From Paludibacteraceae bacterium (GTDB taxonomy: Bacteria; Bacteroidota; Bacteroidia; Bacteroidales; Paludibacteraceae): 64,000 bases of DNA. Under the pieces are notes generated by a model. That model made no database searches. It saw only the letters and a program-made list of their open reading frames with translations, and was not told where the DNA came from. Shown here piece by piece: positions 37,637 to 47,689 of this stretch. Position 1 is the stretch's first letter. Each line of letters begins with the position of its first letter. The position numbers and the translations under genes were made by a program. The stretch is from positions 2,733-66,732 of the forward strand of contig JAZRXL010000040.1 in the NCBI GenBank assembly GCA_045600225.1, in the 5' to 3' direction.

Positions 37637-37638
37637 CG

Positions 37639-39462
37639 ATGAGCAAGGGACTTACAGCAAACGCAGGGCAAAAGAGAATGGTTGCCATGGGCAGCACCGC
37701 AGAGAAAGCCAAAGACATTCGCGGTACTGTTGTTCGTCTGTTGTCCTATTGGAAAGATCACAGAGTTCTTCTTATCACAGTCTCTCTCCTATCCATTGTC
37801 GGAGTGGGATGTTCTCTACTAGGTCCGTACATTTTAGGATTAGCGATCGACCAATGCATCTCCGACGCACTCTCTATCGACAATCATATAAATTTTGGAG
37901 AACTCACAAAAATGTTAGGTTTATTCCTCGGTATACACCTATTCTCTGCCTTCTGCACCTGGTTTCAAGAATACGGCATGATGTACGCCACCCAAAAGAT
38001 TGTGAAAAGACTGAGAGAAGAGTTAATTCAAAAGCTACAAACGCTTAGTTTGCGCTTCTACGACAACAATTTGAGAGGTAACCTGATGAGCTACTTCACA
38101 AACGACATAGACCTCATCAAAGAGGCGATGGGTGCATCCCTCATTCAACTAATCACCAGCGTTTTATCTCTGATTGGCACCATCATTATCATGGCAAGAC
38201 TCAGTCCGATTCTAATGGTAGTAACCTGTCTTACTGTTCCGTTAACCATCTTGTTGAGCAAGTTTGTGATGAAACGGACAAGAAAGCACTTCACTCAACA
38301 GCAGATTGCCTTAGGAAACCTAAATGGCATGGTGGAAGAATCTGTCAGTGGAATGAAAGTAATCCAAACCTTCGGACAAGAGGAAGATCAGAAGAAAAAG
38401 TTTAAAGAACTGAACGTTCAAGTGAGAGAGACTGGCGTTCGTGCACAAATATACAGTGGAATTCTAATGCCGTTAATGAGAGTATTGGATAACTGCAGTT
38501 ACATCCTTGTAACCATCGCAGGAGGAATCTTAGCAACCAAAGGATCCATATCCGTCGGTACCATACAATCCTTCCTCCTTTACACTAAAAACTTTCAAAG
38601 GCCAATCAATGCCATTGCGACCCAGCTCAACTCCATCCAATCGGCTATTGCGGGTGCAGAAAGGATCTTTCATTTATTAGACGAAAATCCCGAGATAACC
38701 GATTCCGAGAATGCCATCCAACTCGAAAACATTCAGGGAGAAATCGAGTTTGAAAATGTTCATTTTGCGTACAACCTAGAGAAACCAGTACTGAAAGGGA
38801 TCTCATTCACAGTCAAACCGAACGAAATGGTGGCCATTGTAGGGACAACCGGTGCTGGGAAAACAACCATCATCAACCTTCTCACTCGATTCTACGACGC
38901 AAAAGAGGGATCAATCAGAATCGATGGCATCGACATTCAAAAGGTATCCCAAAGAAGTCTAAGACAAAACATAGGCATTGTGCTTCAAGACCCGTACCTC
39001 TTCTCCGAAAGCATTCGTTACAACATCGGTTACGGGAAAGAAACATATGATGAACAAGAGATTATTCAGGCTGCACAATCGTCCAACTGCGAAAGTTTCA
39101 TTTCAAAGTTGCCAATGCAATACGAACAACCTATCACAGAGCAAGGTGGTGGCATCAGTCATGGGCAAAAGCAACTACTTACCATTGCAAGAGCCATACT
39201 CTCACAAGCACCCATTCTGGTATTAGACGAAGCCACCAGTAACATCGACACCAGAACGGAAATCCTTATCCAACAAGCCATCCAAAGGTTATCCGTAGGG
39301 AAAACGTGCATCGTAATTGCTCATAGACTAAGCACCATCAAGAACGCAGATAAAATCATCGTAATAGACGATGGTAAAATTGTAGAGAGTGGCAAGCACC
39401 AAGAGTTATTAGACAAAGGAGGAGTATACCATCAAATCTACCATAGTCAATTTGCCTCATAA
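37639..39462 (+). CDS. ABC exporter permease/ATPase, subunit 2
   Basis: Walker A GTTGAGKTT, an atypical signature ISHGQKQL, and ILVLDEATSNID. The ATG is 2 nt after the upstream stop. Confidence 0.88.
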   Translation: MSKGLTANAGQKRMVAMGSTAEKAKDIRGTVVRLLSYWKDHRVLLITVSLLSIVGVGCSLLGPYILGLAIDQCISDALSIDNHINFGELTKMLGLFLGIHLFSAFCTWFQEYGMMYATQKIVKRLREELIQKLQTLSLRFYDNNLRGNLMSYFTNDIDLIKEAMGASLIQLITSVLSLIGTIIIMARLSPILMVVTCLTVPLTILLSKFVMKRTRKHFTQQQIALGNLNGMVEESVSGMKVIQTFGQEEDQKKKFKELNVQVRETGVRAQIYSGILMPLMRVLDNCSYILVTIAGGILATKGSISVGTIQSFLLYTKNFQRPINAIATQLNSIQSAIAGAERIFHLLDENPEITDSENAIQLENIQGEIEFENVHFAYNLEKPVLKGISFTVKPNEMVAIVGTTGAGKTTIINLLTRFYDAKEGSIRIDGIDIQKVSQRSLRQNIGIVLQDPYLFSESIRYNIGYGKETYDEQEIIQAAQSSNCESFISKLPMQYEQPITEQGGGISHGQKQLLTIARAILSQAPILVLDEATSNIDTRTEILIQQAIQRLSVGKTCIVIAHRLSTIKNADKIIVIDDGKIVESGKHQELLDKGGVYHQIYHSQFAS

Positions 39463-39465
39463 GAG

Positions 39466-40170
39466 ATGAAGACAAAAAGCAGATTAGCCATAGTGGATGC
39501 TCGCTGTCATCCCGGAATAATCGAGAGATTGCAAGATTATGCAGAGATCGTTTTCCCTTTCCGAAGTTCAGGCATCACTTACGAGTCTATCTCTTGTCAT
39601 CCCGACATCTTTTTATACCAAGACGCAACACATCTAATCGTTGCTCCCAATGCTCCAAAAGAACTTTTCCTAGCTCTAGAGGAAAGCAAGATTGAATACG
39701 AGAAAGGGGAATCTGGAATAGGTTCGGAATTAAGCAATTCATGTTTCTACAATTGCGTATCTACACAAGAGAACTTTTTCCATAGAGAAGGTTATTCGGA
39801 CACATCCGTATTAAAGGCGAACGAAAGGAAAAAATTTGTGCCACTTCCTCAATCCTACACACGCTGCTCTATGCTCCCATTAAGCAAGGATTCATTTATC
39901 ACATCCGATCAGGGCATACACAAAACATTGCAGCAACATGGTTTTAACAGTTTCTGCTTTTCACCCGAGGAAATAACCATTAAAGTGCACAGAAACGGTT
40001 TTTTAGGTGGAACCTGTGGCTTATTGGGGAAGCAGATATTCTTTTTAGGCAATCCGTTACTTCACAAAGATGGGAAAGATCTTTATGAATTTATCGAAAA
40101 TTCCGGGTTTGAAATCATAACATTGCACGATCAGAAACTATACGACGGAGGTGGCGTTTTCTTCTTATAA
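39466..40170 (+). CDS. Conserved hypothetical protein, possibly pentein/GME-fold (DUF6873-like)
   Basis: 234 aa, starting 3 nt after the ABC subunit 2 stop. Motifs SCHPDIF and GFLGGTCGLLG. The family assignment is from memory only. Confidence 0.4.
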   Translation: MKTKSRLAIVDARCHPGIIERLQDYAEIVFPFRSSGITYESISCHPDIFLYQDATHLIVAPNAPKELFLALEESKIEYEKGESGIGSELSNSCFYNCVSTQENFFHREGYSDTSVLKANERKKFVPLPQSYTRCSMLPLSKDSFITSDQGIHKTLQQHGFNSFCFSPEEITIKVHRNGFLGGTCGLLGKQIFFLGNPLLHKDGKDLYEFIENSGFEIITLHDQKLYDGGGVFFL

Positions 40171-40175
40171 AGAAA

Positions 40176-40201
40176 GAAGGCGCCACAACCATGACGCCTT
40201 C
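40176..40201. terminator. Hairpin between convergent genes
   Basis: GAAGGCG...CGCCTTC 7-bp stem. Confidence 0.45.
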
Positions 40202-40227
40202 ATATTCATTACTTATATCTAATCGGA

Positions 40228-42285
40228 TTATCCTACACGAGAACCGTTTGCCACCTTCTTAGACACGGAAGTTACAACCAACTTACCATCCTTATCTACG
40301 GCAGACATGATCATACCTTGACTCTCAATACCCATCATCTTACGAGGAGGGAAGTTTGCCACAAATAGAATTTGCAAACCTACCAGTTCTTCTGGATTTG
40401 GATATGATTTTGCAATACCCGAAAGAATAGTTCTTCCACCCATTCCATCATCAATCTTGAATTGCAATAACTTATCAGACTTAGGCACCTTTTGGCACTC
40501 CAAGATTGTTCCAACACGAATATCCAACTTAGCGAAATCATCGATAGTGCTTTCTCCTTCGATTGGTTCTGGTTGCCAGTTGTTCTTCTCATTCTCCTTC
40601 TTGATATCAGTCAAACGCTTGATTTGCGCATCAATAGCGTCGTCTTCAATCTTCTCGAACAACAACTCTGCAGTTCCCAACTGAGCACCTTCAGCAAGAA
40701 GATCAACTTTACCCAAGTTCTCCCAAGAGAAGGTTGTCATGTTCAACATCTTACGGAGTTTCTCCGAAGAGAATGGAAGGAATGGTTCGAAAGCGATTGC
40801 CAAATTTGCCGCAATTTGCAAAGCAATATGCAAAATAGACGCTGTGCGATCCATATCAGTCTTTGCCAATTTCCAAGGCTCTGTCTCTGCCAAGTATTTG
40901 TTTCCGATGCGAGCCAAGTTCATAGCCTCTTTCTGAGCATCACGGAACTTAAAGTTATCCAACAACTGCTCTACACGAACCTTCACATCTGCGAACTCTT
41001 GTAAAGTTTCCTTATCATAGTCAGTCAAGCCTTTCAATGCAGGCACCTTACCATCAAAATATTTATTAGTAAGCACCAATGCTCTATTCACGAAGTTTCC
41101 GTAGATAGCCACCAACTCACTATTGTTTCTTGCTTGGAAATCTTTCCATGTAAAGTCGTTATCTTTTGTTTCTGGAGCGTTGGCAGTCAACACATAACGC
41201 AATGTATCTTGCTTTCCTGGGAAATCAACCAAATACTCATTCAACCATACTGCCCAGTTACGAGAAGTAGAAATCTTATCACCTTCCAAGTTCAAGAACT
41301 CATTACTTGGCACATTGTCTGGCAAGATATAGCTACCTTCAGCCTTCAACATAGCTGGGAATACAATACAGTGGAATACAATATTATCCTTACCGATAAA
41401 ATGGATCAAACGAGTATCAGAGTCTTTCCACCACTTCTCCCAATTACCATATTTAGGATTTGCGTCACAAAGTTCCTTTGTATTACTGATATATCCAATT
41501 GGAGCATCAAACCAAACATACAACACCTTACCCTCGGCACCTTCTACTGGCACTGGAATTCCCCATTCCAAGTCGCGAGTTACTGCACGAGGCATCAAGT
41601 CCATATCCAACCAGCTCTTACATTGTCCATATACATTTGGTCTCCACTCTTTATGATCTTCCAAGATCCATTTCTTCAACCAATCCTGATGCTTGTTCAA
41701 CGGCAAGAACCAGTGTTTTGTAGGACGTTTTACTGGTTTAGAACCAGACAACTTACTTACAGGGTTGATCAACTCCTCTGGAGAAAGAGTGCTACCGCAC
41801 TTCTCACATTGATCTCCGTATGCACCTTGTGCATGACAACGAGGACACTCACCCACAATGTATCTGTCGGCCAAGAATTGCTTAGCTTCTTCATCGTAGT
41901 ATTGCTCGCTTGTTTGCTCTACAAACTCGTTCTTGTCATACAAAGTACGGAAGAAATCAGAAGCCAACTTATGGTGAGTGTCTGAAGTAGTTCTTGAATA
42001 TACATCAAATGAGATACCAAATTCAGAGAAAGAGTCCTTAATGATCTTGTGATAACGATCCACCACATCTTGAGGAGTAACACCTTCTTTCCTTGCACGG
42101 ATAGTTACAGGCACACCGTGTTCGTCAGAACCACCAATGAAAAGCACCTCTTCTCCCTTCAAACGAAGGTATCTTACATAAATATCTGCGGGAACATATA
42201 CTCCTGCCAAGTGTCCGATATGCACGGGACCATTGGCATATGGCAAAGCGGATGTTACCGTCGTACGCTTAAATTTCTTATCCAT
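40228..42285 (-). CDS. metG: Methionine--tRNA ligase
   Basis: HIGH motif (PVHIGH), Zn knuckle CPRCHA...CEKCG, KMSKS-like KISTSRN, and a C-terminal tRNA-binding domain. The start at [20 protein letters not shown] is preferred over the track ATG at 42309. Confidence 0.95.
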   Translation of the reverse strand: MDKKFKRTTVTSALPYANGPVHIGHLAGVYVPADIYVRYLRLKGEEVLFIGGSDEHGVPVTIRARKEGVTPQDVVDRYHKIIKDSFSEFGISFDVYSRTTSDTHHKLASDFFRTLYDKNEFVEQTSEQYYDEEAKQFLADRYIVGECPRCHAQGAYGDQCEKCGSTLSPEELINPVSKLSGSKPVKRPTKHWFLPLNKHQDWLKKWILEDHKEWRPNVYGQCKSWLDMDLMPRAVTRDLEWGIPVPVEGAEGKVLYVWFDAPIGYISNTKELCDANPKYGNWEKWWKDSDTRLIHFIGKDNIVFHCIVFPAMLKAEGSYILPDNVPSNEFLNLEGDKISTSRNWAVWLNEYLVDFPGKQDTLRYVLTANAPETKDNDFTWKDFQARNNSELVAIYGNFVNRALVLTNKYFDGKVPALKGLTDYDKETLQEFADVKVRVEQLLDNFKFRDAQKEAMNLARIGNKYLAETEPWKLAKTDMDRTASILHIALQIAANLAIAFEPFLPFSSEKLRKMLNMTTFSWENLGKVDLLAEGAQLGTAELLFEKIEDDAIDAQIKRLTDIKKENEKNNWQPEPIEGESTIDDFAKLDIRVGTILECQKVPKSDKLLQFKIDDGMGGRTILSGIAKSYPNPEELVGLQILFVANFPPRKMMGIESQGMIMSAVDKDGKLVVTSVSKKVANGSRVG

Positions 42286-42364
42286 ATATATTGTTTTTAT
42301 TATTTTCAAGAAAACATTCGCAAAGATAAACTTTTTCGTGTGTTTTGTAATGCTCCAAAAGTAA

Positions 42365-43270
42365 TTATTTCGCCTTACTTTTATTTACCACCGCAACACC
42401 GACGAATACCAATATGGCCGCACAAACCTTTTGCCAAGTAATCACATCCATACCTAAATAGATGCTCAAACACGACGCCACGATAGGCTGCACATAAGAA
42501 TAAAGACTAACCAAGGTAGGCCTCAACTGCTTCTGCGCATAAGACACCAACAGATAGGCAACAAAAGTGGAGAAGAACACAACGCCAAGGACTGTCAGAG
42601 TCAACTGCCATGTGAATTCCGAATAGTGAAGAGAGATCAACTCCTTTGCATCAATTGTCAGTCCCACAAGTGCCGAAAAAGTAAACATCCACTTCATAAA
42701 GGTCACAACACTATACTTGGCAATAATCGGTCGAAAGATTCCCAAATAAGAAGCGAAGAACAATGCATTCAAAACAATCAAGAACAATCCTAATGTCGTA
42801 GACGACTCCACTCCATTAGTGGACGACACAGAGTTCAATATCAAATAAATAACACCTCCGAAACTCAACAACACGCCTGCCACTTTCTTTATTGTGATGG
42901 GTTCTTTCAAAAAAATAGCAGAGATAAACATCGTAAAGATCGGAGTTAACGAAGCGACCACAGAGCAATCCACGGGTGTTGTCTCCTTAATGGCAATCAA
43001 AAAGGACAACTGAGTAAGGAACAAACCCAACATCGATGCAAAAAAGATCTGTATCAGATCCTTTTTATCTACAACTTCTTTTGGTTGAGTAAGCGAAAGA
43101 AGCGAAAAAAGAAGAGCTGCCCCTGTTGCTCTAAAGCAGAACAATGCAAGAGGAGGTACCAAACCAGACAGAGCGATATTGCGACAAGCCACTATATTAA
43201 AGCCGAAAATCAGATAACAAAAAAAGGCTGCCAAGTGACCTGTAACAGAGGATTTTGTACTATTCGTCAT
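42365..43270 (-). CDS. DMT-superfamily (EamA-like) transporter
   Basis: 301 aa with 10 predicted TM segments in two repeats. Confidence 0.75.
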   Translation of the reverse strand: MTNSTKSSVTGHLAAFFCYLIFGFNIVACRNIALSGLVPPLALFCFRATGAALLFSLLSLTQPKEVVDKKDLIQIFFASMLGLFLTQLSFLIAIKETTPVDCSVVASLTPIFTMFISAIFLKEPITIKKVAGVLLSFGGVIYLILNSVSSTNGVESSTTLGLFLIVLNALFFASYLGIFRPIIAKYSVVTFMKWMFTFSALVGLTIDAKELISLHYSEFTWQLTLTVLGVVFFSTFVAYLLVSYAQKQLRPTLVSLYSYVQPIVASCLSIYLGMDVITWQKVCAAILVFVGVAVVNKSKAK

Positions 43271-43327
43271 AAGAGCTTATTTACACGCATAATAAAAAAA
43301 GCGCCAAAACCTTTCGATTTCGGCGCT

Positions 43328-43404
43328 TGGTGATCGAGGAGGGATTCGAACCCTCGACCCACAGCTTAGAAGGCTGTTGCTCTATCCAACTGAGCTACCC
43401 GACC
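43328..43404 (-). tRNA. tRNA-Arg (anticodon TCT)
   Basis: GGTCGGGTAGCTCAGTTGGATAGAGCAACAGCCTTCTAAGCTGTGGGTCGAGGGTTCGAATCCCTCCTCGATCACCA. It folds as a cloverleaf and the CCA is encoded. Confidence 0.92.
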
Positions 43405-43421
43405 ATCCTTTTTTGCGACTG

Positions 43422-43429
43422 CAAAGATA
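43422..43429 (-). promoter_or_regulatory. -7 box TATCTTTG for tRNA-Arg
   Basis: Plus-strand CAAAGATA, 18 nt upstream of the tRNA 5' end. Confidence 0.5.
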
Positions 43430-43495
43430 GAACTATTTTTTTTCAATGCAAAATTTTTGCAATAAAAAAAGGAAGTCATTTTTGACCTCCTCTTG

Positions 43496-43569
43496 TAGCG
43501 GGATCGAGAATTGAACTCGAGACCTCCGGGTTATGAATCCGACGCTCTAACCAACCGAGCTCTCCCGCC
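43496..43569 (-). tRNA. tRNA with CAT anticodon (Met; Ile2 or initiator not excluded)
   Basis: GGCGGGAGAGCTCGGTTGGTTAGAGCGTCGGATTCATAACCCGGAGGTCTCGAGTTCAATTCTCGATCCCGCTA. The cloverleaf folds with the CAT anticodon in the right place, and the CCA is not encoded. Confidence 0.8.
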
Positions 43570-43595
43570 ATCACATTCATTTCTGAATTGCGGTG

Positions 43596-43603
43596 CAAAG
43601 ATA
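43596..43603 (-). promoter_or_regulatory. -7 box TATCTTTG for tRNA(CAT)
   Basis: Plus-strand CAAAGATA, 27 nt upstream of the tRNA 5' end. The octamer is identical to the tRNA-Arg box. Confidence 0.5.
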
Positions 43604-43635
43604 TACTTTTTTTTGAATTTCAAAAAATCTTTTAG

Positions 43636-43643
43636 TATTTTTG
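43636..43643 (+). promoter_or_regulatory. -7 box TATTTTTG for the HTCS gene
   Basis: Matches TAnnTTTG, 20 to 26 nt upstream of the ATGs at 43663 and 43669. Confidence 0.45.
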
Positions 43644-43662
43644 TATCGTTTCCTGAAAGAAA

Positions 43663-46600
43663 ATGTTCATGAAAAAGTTATTGTACATAATTATATTGCT
43701 AACATTGTGCAGTTTACACATACACGGAGAATCCTCTAGATTTTCCATATATCAGTCACAATCGTATGTACCCTACAGTAATATCAATGATATGTTGGAG
43801 GACTCTTATGGTTTCTTGTGGATTGCAACCGAAAACGGATTGATAAAATTCAACGGATACGACTATGTACAATACCAACAAAACAAAGACATTAGCAATT
43901 CCCTACCCAACAACAACTGTCGTACATTAATCGAGGATTCTCAAAACAGATTGTGGATCGGCACTGATAACGGAATAGCCATCTACAACAGAGAGAACGA
44001 CGGATTCGACAGAATAAAACTATCAGGACTCACCAGCTACAACTTTGTGGGTATACAAGAAGACTCTGACGGCAGTTTATGGGCGCTATCTTTCCAAGAA
44101 CTAATAAAACTTTCTCCCGAAGGCGAATTGCAACAAATCTATTCTTATCCTAACGCAGTATGCATGCACCTTGACGGCGACCAAATATGGCTGGGTTCCC
44201 TAATTTATGGACTACACTCTTTCAACAAGGAAGATGCTTCCATCAAAAAACTTGAGATTAAGGATCTGCCAGACGAGCAAGGCCTTCATGTTCGCTGTAT
44301 AAAAAAAGCCTCCAATGGAGATCTTCTAATCGGAACAAGAGACTTGGGACTGGTCATCTACCATCCAGAAACCCATACGTCCGAAGCTCACTACTCTAAC
44401 AACCATCCTGACGTGTTTATTAGTGATTATGTTCTAAGCATATACGAAGATCACAAACACAAAATATGGATCGGATCTGTCAACGGACAATTAATCGAAT
44501 ACGACCCTCAAAAGGACAAGTTCACCGTTCCTGTCTTTAAACACCCTTCCGGAGTAAAGCAACTCACCATCGGTTGCATCATGGAAGACAAGCGACAAGA
44601 CATCTGGGTGGGAACTCACCACTATTGGATTTATCAATGCAATCGAAGCATAAACGCATTCGAACTTCATCAACAAAAAGATCAGCAGGGAAGCCTTTCT
44701 CACAATGCCATCACCTGCTTCTCCGACAACCCTGAGAAAGTACTCATCGGAACCGATGGTGGAGGTTTGAACATATACGACAAGGCATCTGGACAATTTG
44801 CAACGGACACCCGATTCGGGAAGATCATCTTGGACATCAAGAAAGGAAACAAGGAAGGCGAATATTGGATCAGCACTTGGGGAAATAGTCAAATGGGGCT
44901 TATTCAATACAATATCCTAACAAAAGAGTTCAAAAAGCACGAATACAACGTAAACGACTCTTCGTCAATCACTTCAAATCTGCTTCGTGCCATTTTGGTC
45001 GACGGCCCTTATGTATGGGTATCAACCGACGGTGCCGGACTTTGTAGATTAAACACAAACACAGGCCGCATAGACAATAAATACAATTGCGAGGAACCTA
45101 TATTCTCCGTAAAAAACCCACAGTGGGTTAACCATTTAATGCGCGACAAGAAAGGCAGATTATGGTTATGTTCCAGTGAGGGTATCATCTTGTACGACAA
45201 CAATCAATGCAAGAGACTTCGTATCAACCTGATAAGTAACGAAAACCTTCAAAATGAGGTTAAGATGTCTATTGAGGATTCCGATGGCAAAATTTTGTTT
45301 GTCACAGCAAGCAACGGATTAATCCAATACAACGAATCCGACAGCACATTCATCAACCTAAGCAAGACATACAACATACCAACGAACTTGAGTTCACTAT
45401 GCGAGGATGACGAGAAGAACCTATGGATCATATCCGCAGAGGAGATCATCCGATTGAATAGGAAGGAAAATATCGTCCATAATTTCAATATGAGAAACGA
45501 CTTGAATGGTAATCCATTCACGCCTAATGCCATATTCAAATCCGGAGACGATCTGTATGTGGGTTCCAACAATGGTTTTTTCAAATTCAATGTTAAAACG
45601 TTGAGTTTCTCCGATTCTAATCCAAGAATCTATCTGAACGATCTATTTGTTTGGGGAGAAAAGCAGAAGGTGGAGGAGAACGGCATCCTTACCAAAGCCT
45701 TGGTGATGACAGATACCTTAACCCTCACCCACCACAACAACTCCATCAGTATCGATTTCTTTGCGATTGATTACGAACACGCAGACCAGATCAACTATCT
45801 ATACAAGATGGACGGCTTTCAAGATGGCTGGGTGAACACTGGGAAAACAAGACAGGCTTACTTTACCAACCTATCACCAGGGACCTACACATTCCAAGTA
45901 AAAACAATCAGTTTGGATAATAACACAGAAGTCTATTCCAAACCTCTTACCATTATCATACTACCACCATGGTGGCGTACCTGGTGGTTTAGAATTGTCA
46001 GTGGCTTATCTATCTTATTGGCGCTTAACCTATTCCTTTCGTTAAGGGAAAAAGGGCACAAAAAGAAACAAGCCGAATTGGAGAACCTTGTTGCCATAAG
46101 AACCGAAGAGCTTCGATTGATAAACAAAGAGGTACAAGACCAAAAGGAAAGTCTTGAGATTCAAAACAAGCGTCTTGACGAATCCTTGAACACTAAGAAC
46201 AAAATTCTTTCTGTCATCGCACACGACCTAAGGAATCCGTTGACCGCCATCGTAGGCAACCTTTCCCTAATGAGCGAAGAGAATGAATGCGACCGTATCA
46301 AGCAGGTATGCAAATCTGCTAAGAACCTACAAACACAGATGGAGAATCTTTTGGATTGGGCTAGAATCCAAAATCAAAGCATCTTGTACTCTCCCAAAAA
46401 CCATTTCTTGGATGCTTTAACCAAAGAGTGCATCACCCTACTCCAAGGTTTGGTCGAAGAGAAAAACATACAGTTATCATTCCACAATCAATGTCAAACA
46501 TCGGCATTCATAGACCAAAGAATGATCAGTACGGTTTGCCGAAACCTATTGAATAACGCCATTAAGTTTACAAACGAAAATGGACATATTGACATTGACA

Positions 46601-47676
46601 TAAAACAAGAAGACGACCATATCCGTTGGCAAATAAAGGATGACGGTGTGGGAATGACACAGGAACAAAAAGAGAAGTTGTTTGACAAAACGACCACATC
46701 CACAACATTTGGAACCAAAAACGAGAAAGGTTCCGGATTAGGACTGAAGATATGTCAAGAATTCATATCCTATAACAAAGGAAAGTTCCTAATCGAAAGT
46801 GAGAAAGGGAACGGAACCACAATCTCTCTACTACTTCCTATCGGAACAGAGACCCAAGAGAGCAAAGAGGAGAACTCTGCAATTATCGAAAGCAAGAATG
46901 AAGCAAACCACGAGAACAAGAAACACCTTCTCATTGTAGATGACAATGCAGAGATTCTTAGTTTCGTATGCGACCTTCTTCGCCCTTACTATCACATAGA
47001 CAGTGCGAACAACGGAGAGGACGCCCTGCAAATAGCAAGGAAGGAGATTCCCGACCTGATCATATCGGACATCGTCATGCCAAAGATGGATGGAAGGGAG
47101 CTTTGCCACTGCATTAAAGAGGATGCTTTAACGCGACATATACCGGTAATACTTCTCACTTCAGAAGACACCGTGGAGGATCAAGTTCAAGGCCTCAACA
47201 TTGGTGCAGACGATTATATCACGAAACCATTCAATGCAGAGATATTGAAAGCAAAGATCGTCACTCTACTCAAAAACAAAGAGTTACAAAGAGAGCATCT
47301 ACGCACACGCATACTTCGCATGCCAGAATTGGAGATACCAGAAAGTATCGATGATGCTTTCATTTCTAAAATCAATGCAGTCATTAAGAAGAACATTGGA
47401 GATAGCAATCTGACCGTCGAATTCTTAGCATCCGAAACTGCATTCAGTCGCGTACAGTTATTCAGGAAGATGAAGGCAATCACTGGTTGCTCTCCTTCTG
47501 AATACATCAAGGCAATGAGACTTGAACATGCGGCAGAGATATTAGTACAAAGTAAACAAAGCATTGCGGATGTTGCCTACATGGTGGGATTCTCCGATCC
47601 TAAATATTTCAGCAACTGCTTCTCCGAGAAGTTTGGTGCAACACCATCTCAATACATAAAAGAGAACAAAGGGTAA
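43663..47676 (+). CDS. Hybrid two-component system protein (periplasmic beta-propeller sensor, histidine kinase, receiver, AraC-type HTH)
   Basis: 1337 aa. Propeller repeats (LWIGT/WVGT), TM helix, HisKA SVIAHDLRNPLT, HATPase GSGLGL, REC LLIVDDN...SDIVMPKMDG, and a C-terminal AraC HTH. Confidence 0.92.
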   Translation: MFMKKLLYIIILLTLCSLHIHGESSRFSIYQSQSYVPYSNINDMLEDSYGFLWIATENGLIKFNGYDYVQYQQNKDISNSLPNNNCRTLIEDSQNRLWIGTDNGIAIYNRENDGFDRIKLSGLTSYNFVGIQEDSDGSLWALSFQELIKLSPEGELQQIYSYPNAVCMHLDGDQIWLGSLIYGLHSFNKEDASIKKLEIKDLPDEQGLHVRCIKKASNGDLLIGTRDLGLVIYHPETHTSEAHYSNNHPDVFISDYVLSIYEDHKHKIWIGSVNGQLIEYDPQKDKFTVPVFKHPSGVKQLTIGCIMEDKRQDIWVGTHHYWIYQCNRSINAFELHQQKDQQGSLSHNAITCFSDNPEKVLIGTDGGGLNIYDKASGQFATDTRFGKIILDIKKGNKEGEYWISTWGNSQMGLIQYNILTKEFKKHEYNVNDSSSITSNLLRAILVDGPYVWVSTDGAGLCRLNTNTGRIDNKYNCEEPIFSVKNPQWVNHLMRDKKGRLWLCSSEGIILYDNNQCKRLRINLISNENLQNEVKMSIEDSDGKILFVTASNGLIQYNESDSTFINLSKTYNIPTNLSSLCEDDEKNLWIISAEEIIRLNRKENIVHNFNMRNDLNGNPFTPNAIFKSGDDLYVGSNNGFFKFNVKTLSFSDSNPRIYLNDLFVWGEKQKVEENGILTKALVMTDTLTLTHHNNSISIDFFAIDYEHADQINYLYKMDGFQDGWVNTGKTRQAYFTNLSPGTYTFQVKTISLDNNTEVYSKPLTIIILPPWWRTWWFRIVSGLSILLALNLFLSLREKGHKKKQAELENLVAIRTEELRLINKEVQDQKESLEIQNKRLDESLNTKNKILSVIAHDLRNPLTAIVGNLSLMSEENECDRIKQVCKSAKNLQTQMENLLDWARIQNQSILYSPKNHFLDALTKECITLLQGLVEEKNIQLSFHNQCQTSAFIDQRMISTVCRNLLNNAIKFTNENGHIDIDIKQEDDHIRWQIKDDGVGMTQEQKEKLFDKTTTSTTFGTKNEKGSGLGLKICQEFISYNKGKFLIESEKGNGTTISLLLPIGTETQESKEENSAIIESKNEANHENKKHLLIVDDNAEILSFVCDLLRPYYHIDSANNGEDALQIARKEIPDLIISDIVMPKMDGRELCHCIKEDALTRHIPVILLTSEDTVEDQVQGLNIGADDYITKPFNAEILKAKIVTLLKNKELQREHLRTRILRMPELEIPESIDDAFISKINAVIKKNIGDSNLTVEFLASETAFSRVQLFRKMKAITGCSPSEYIKAMRLEHAAEILVQSKQSIADVAYMVGFSDPKYFSNCFSEKFGATPSQYIKENKG

Positions 47677-47689
47677 ACTTTCTTCCCTT

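Noticed and set aside
43271-43662. Genomic island or integrase at the tRNA and tmRNA loci
   Set aside because: tRNA and tmRNA genes are common integration sites. However, I saw no duplicated 3' tRNA/tmRNA segment, no integrase gene and no compositional break next to 43328..43569 or 32775..33169.
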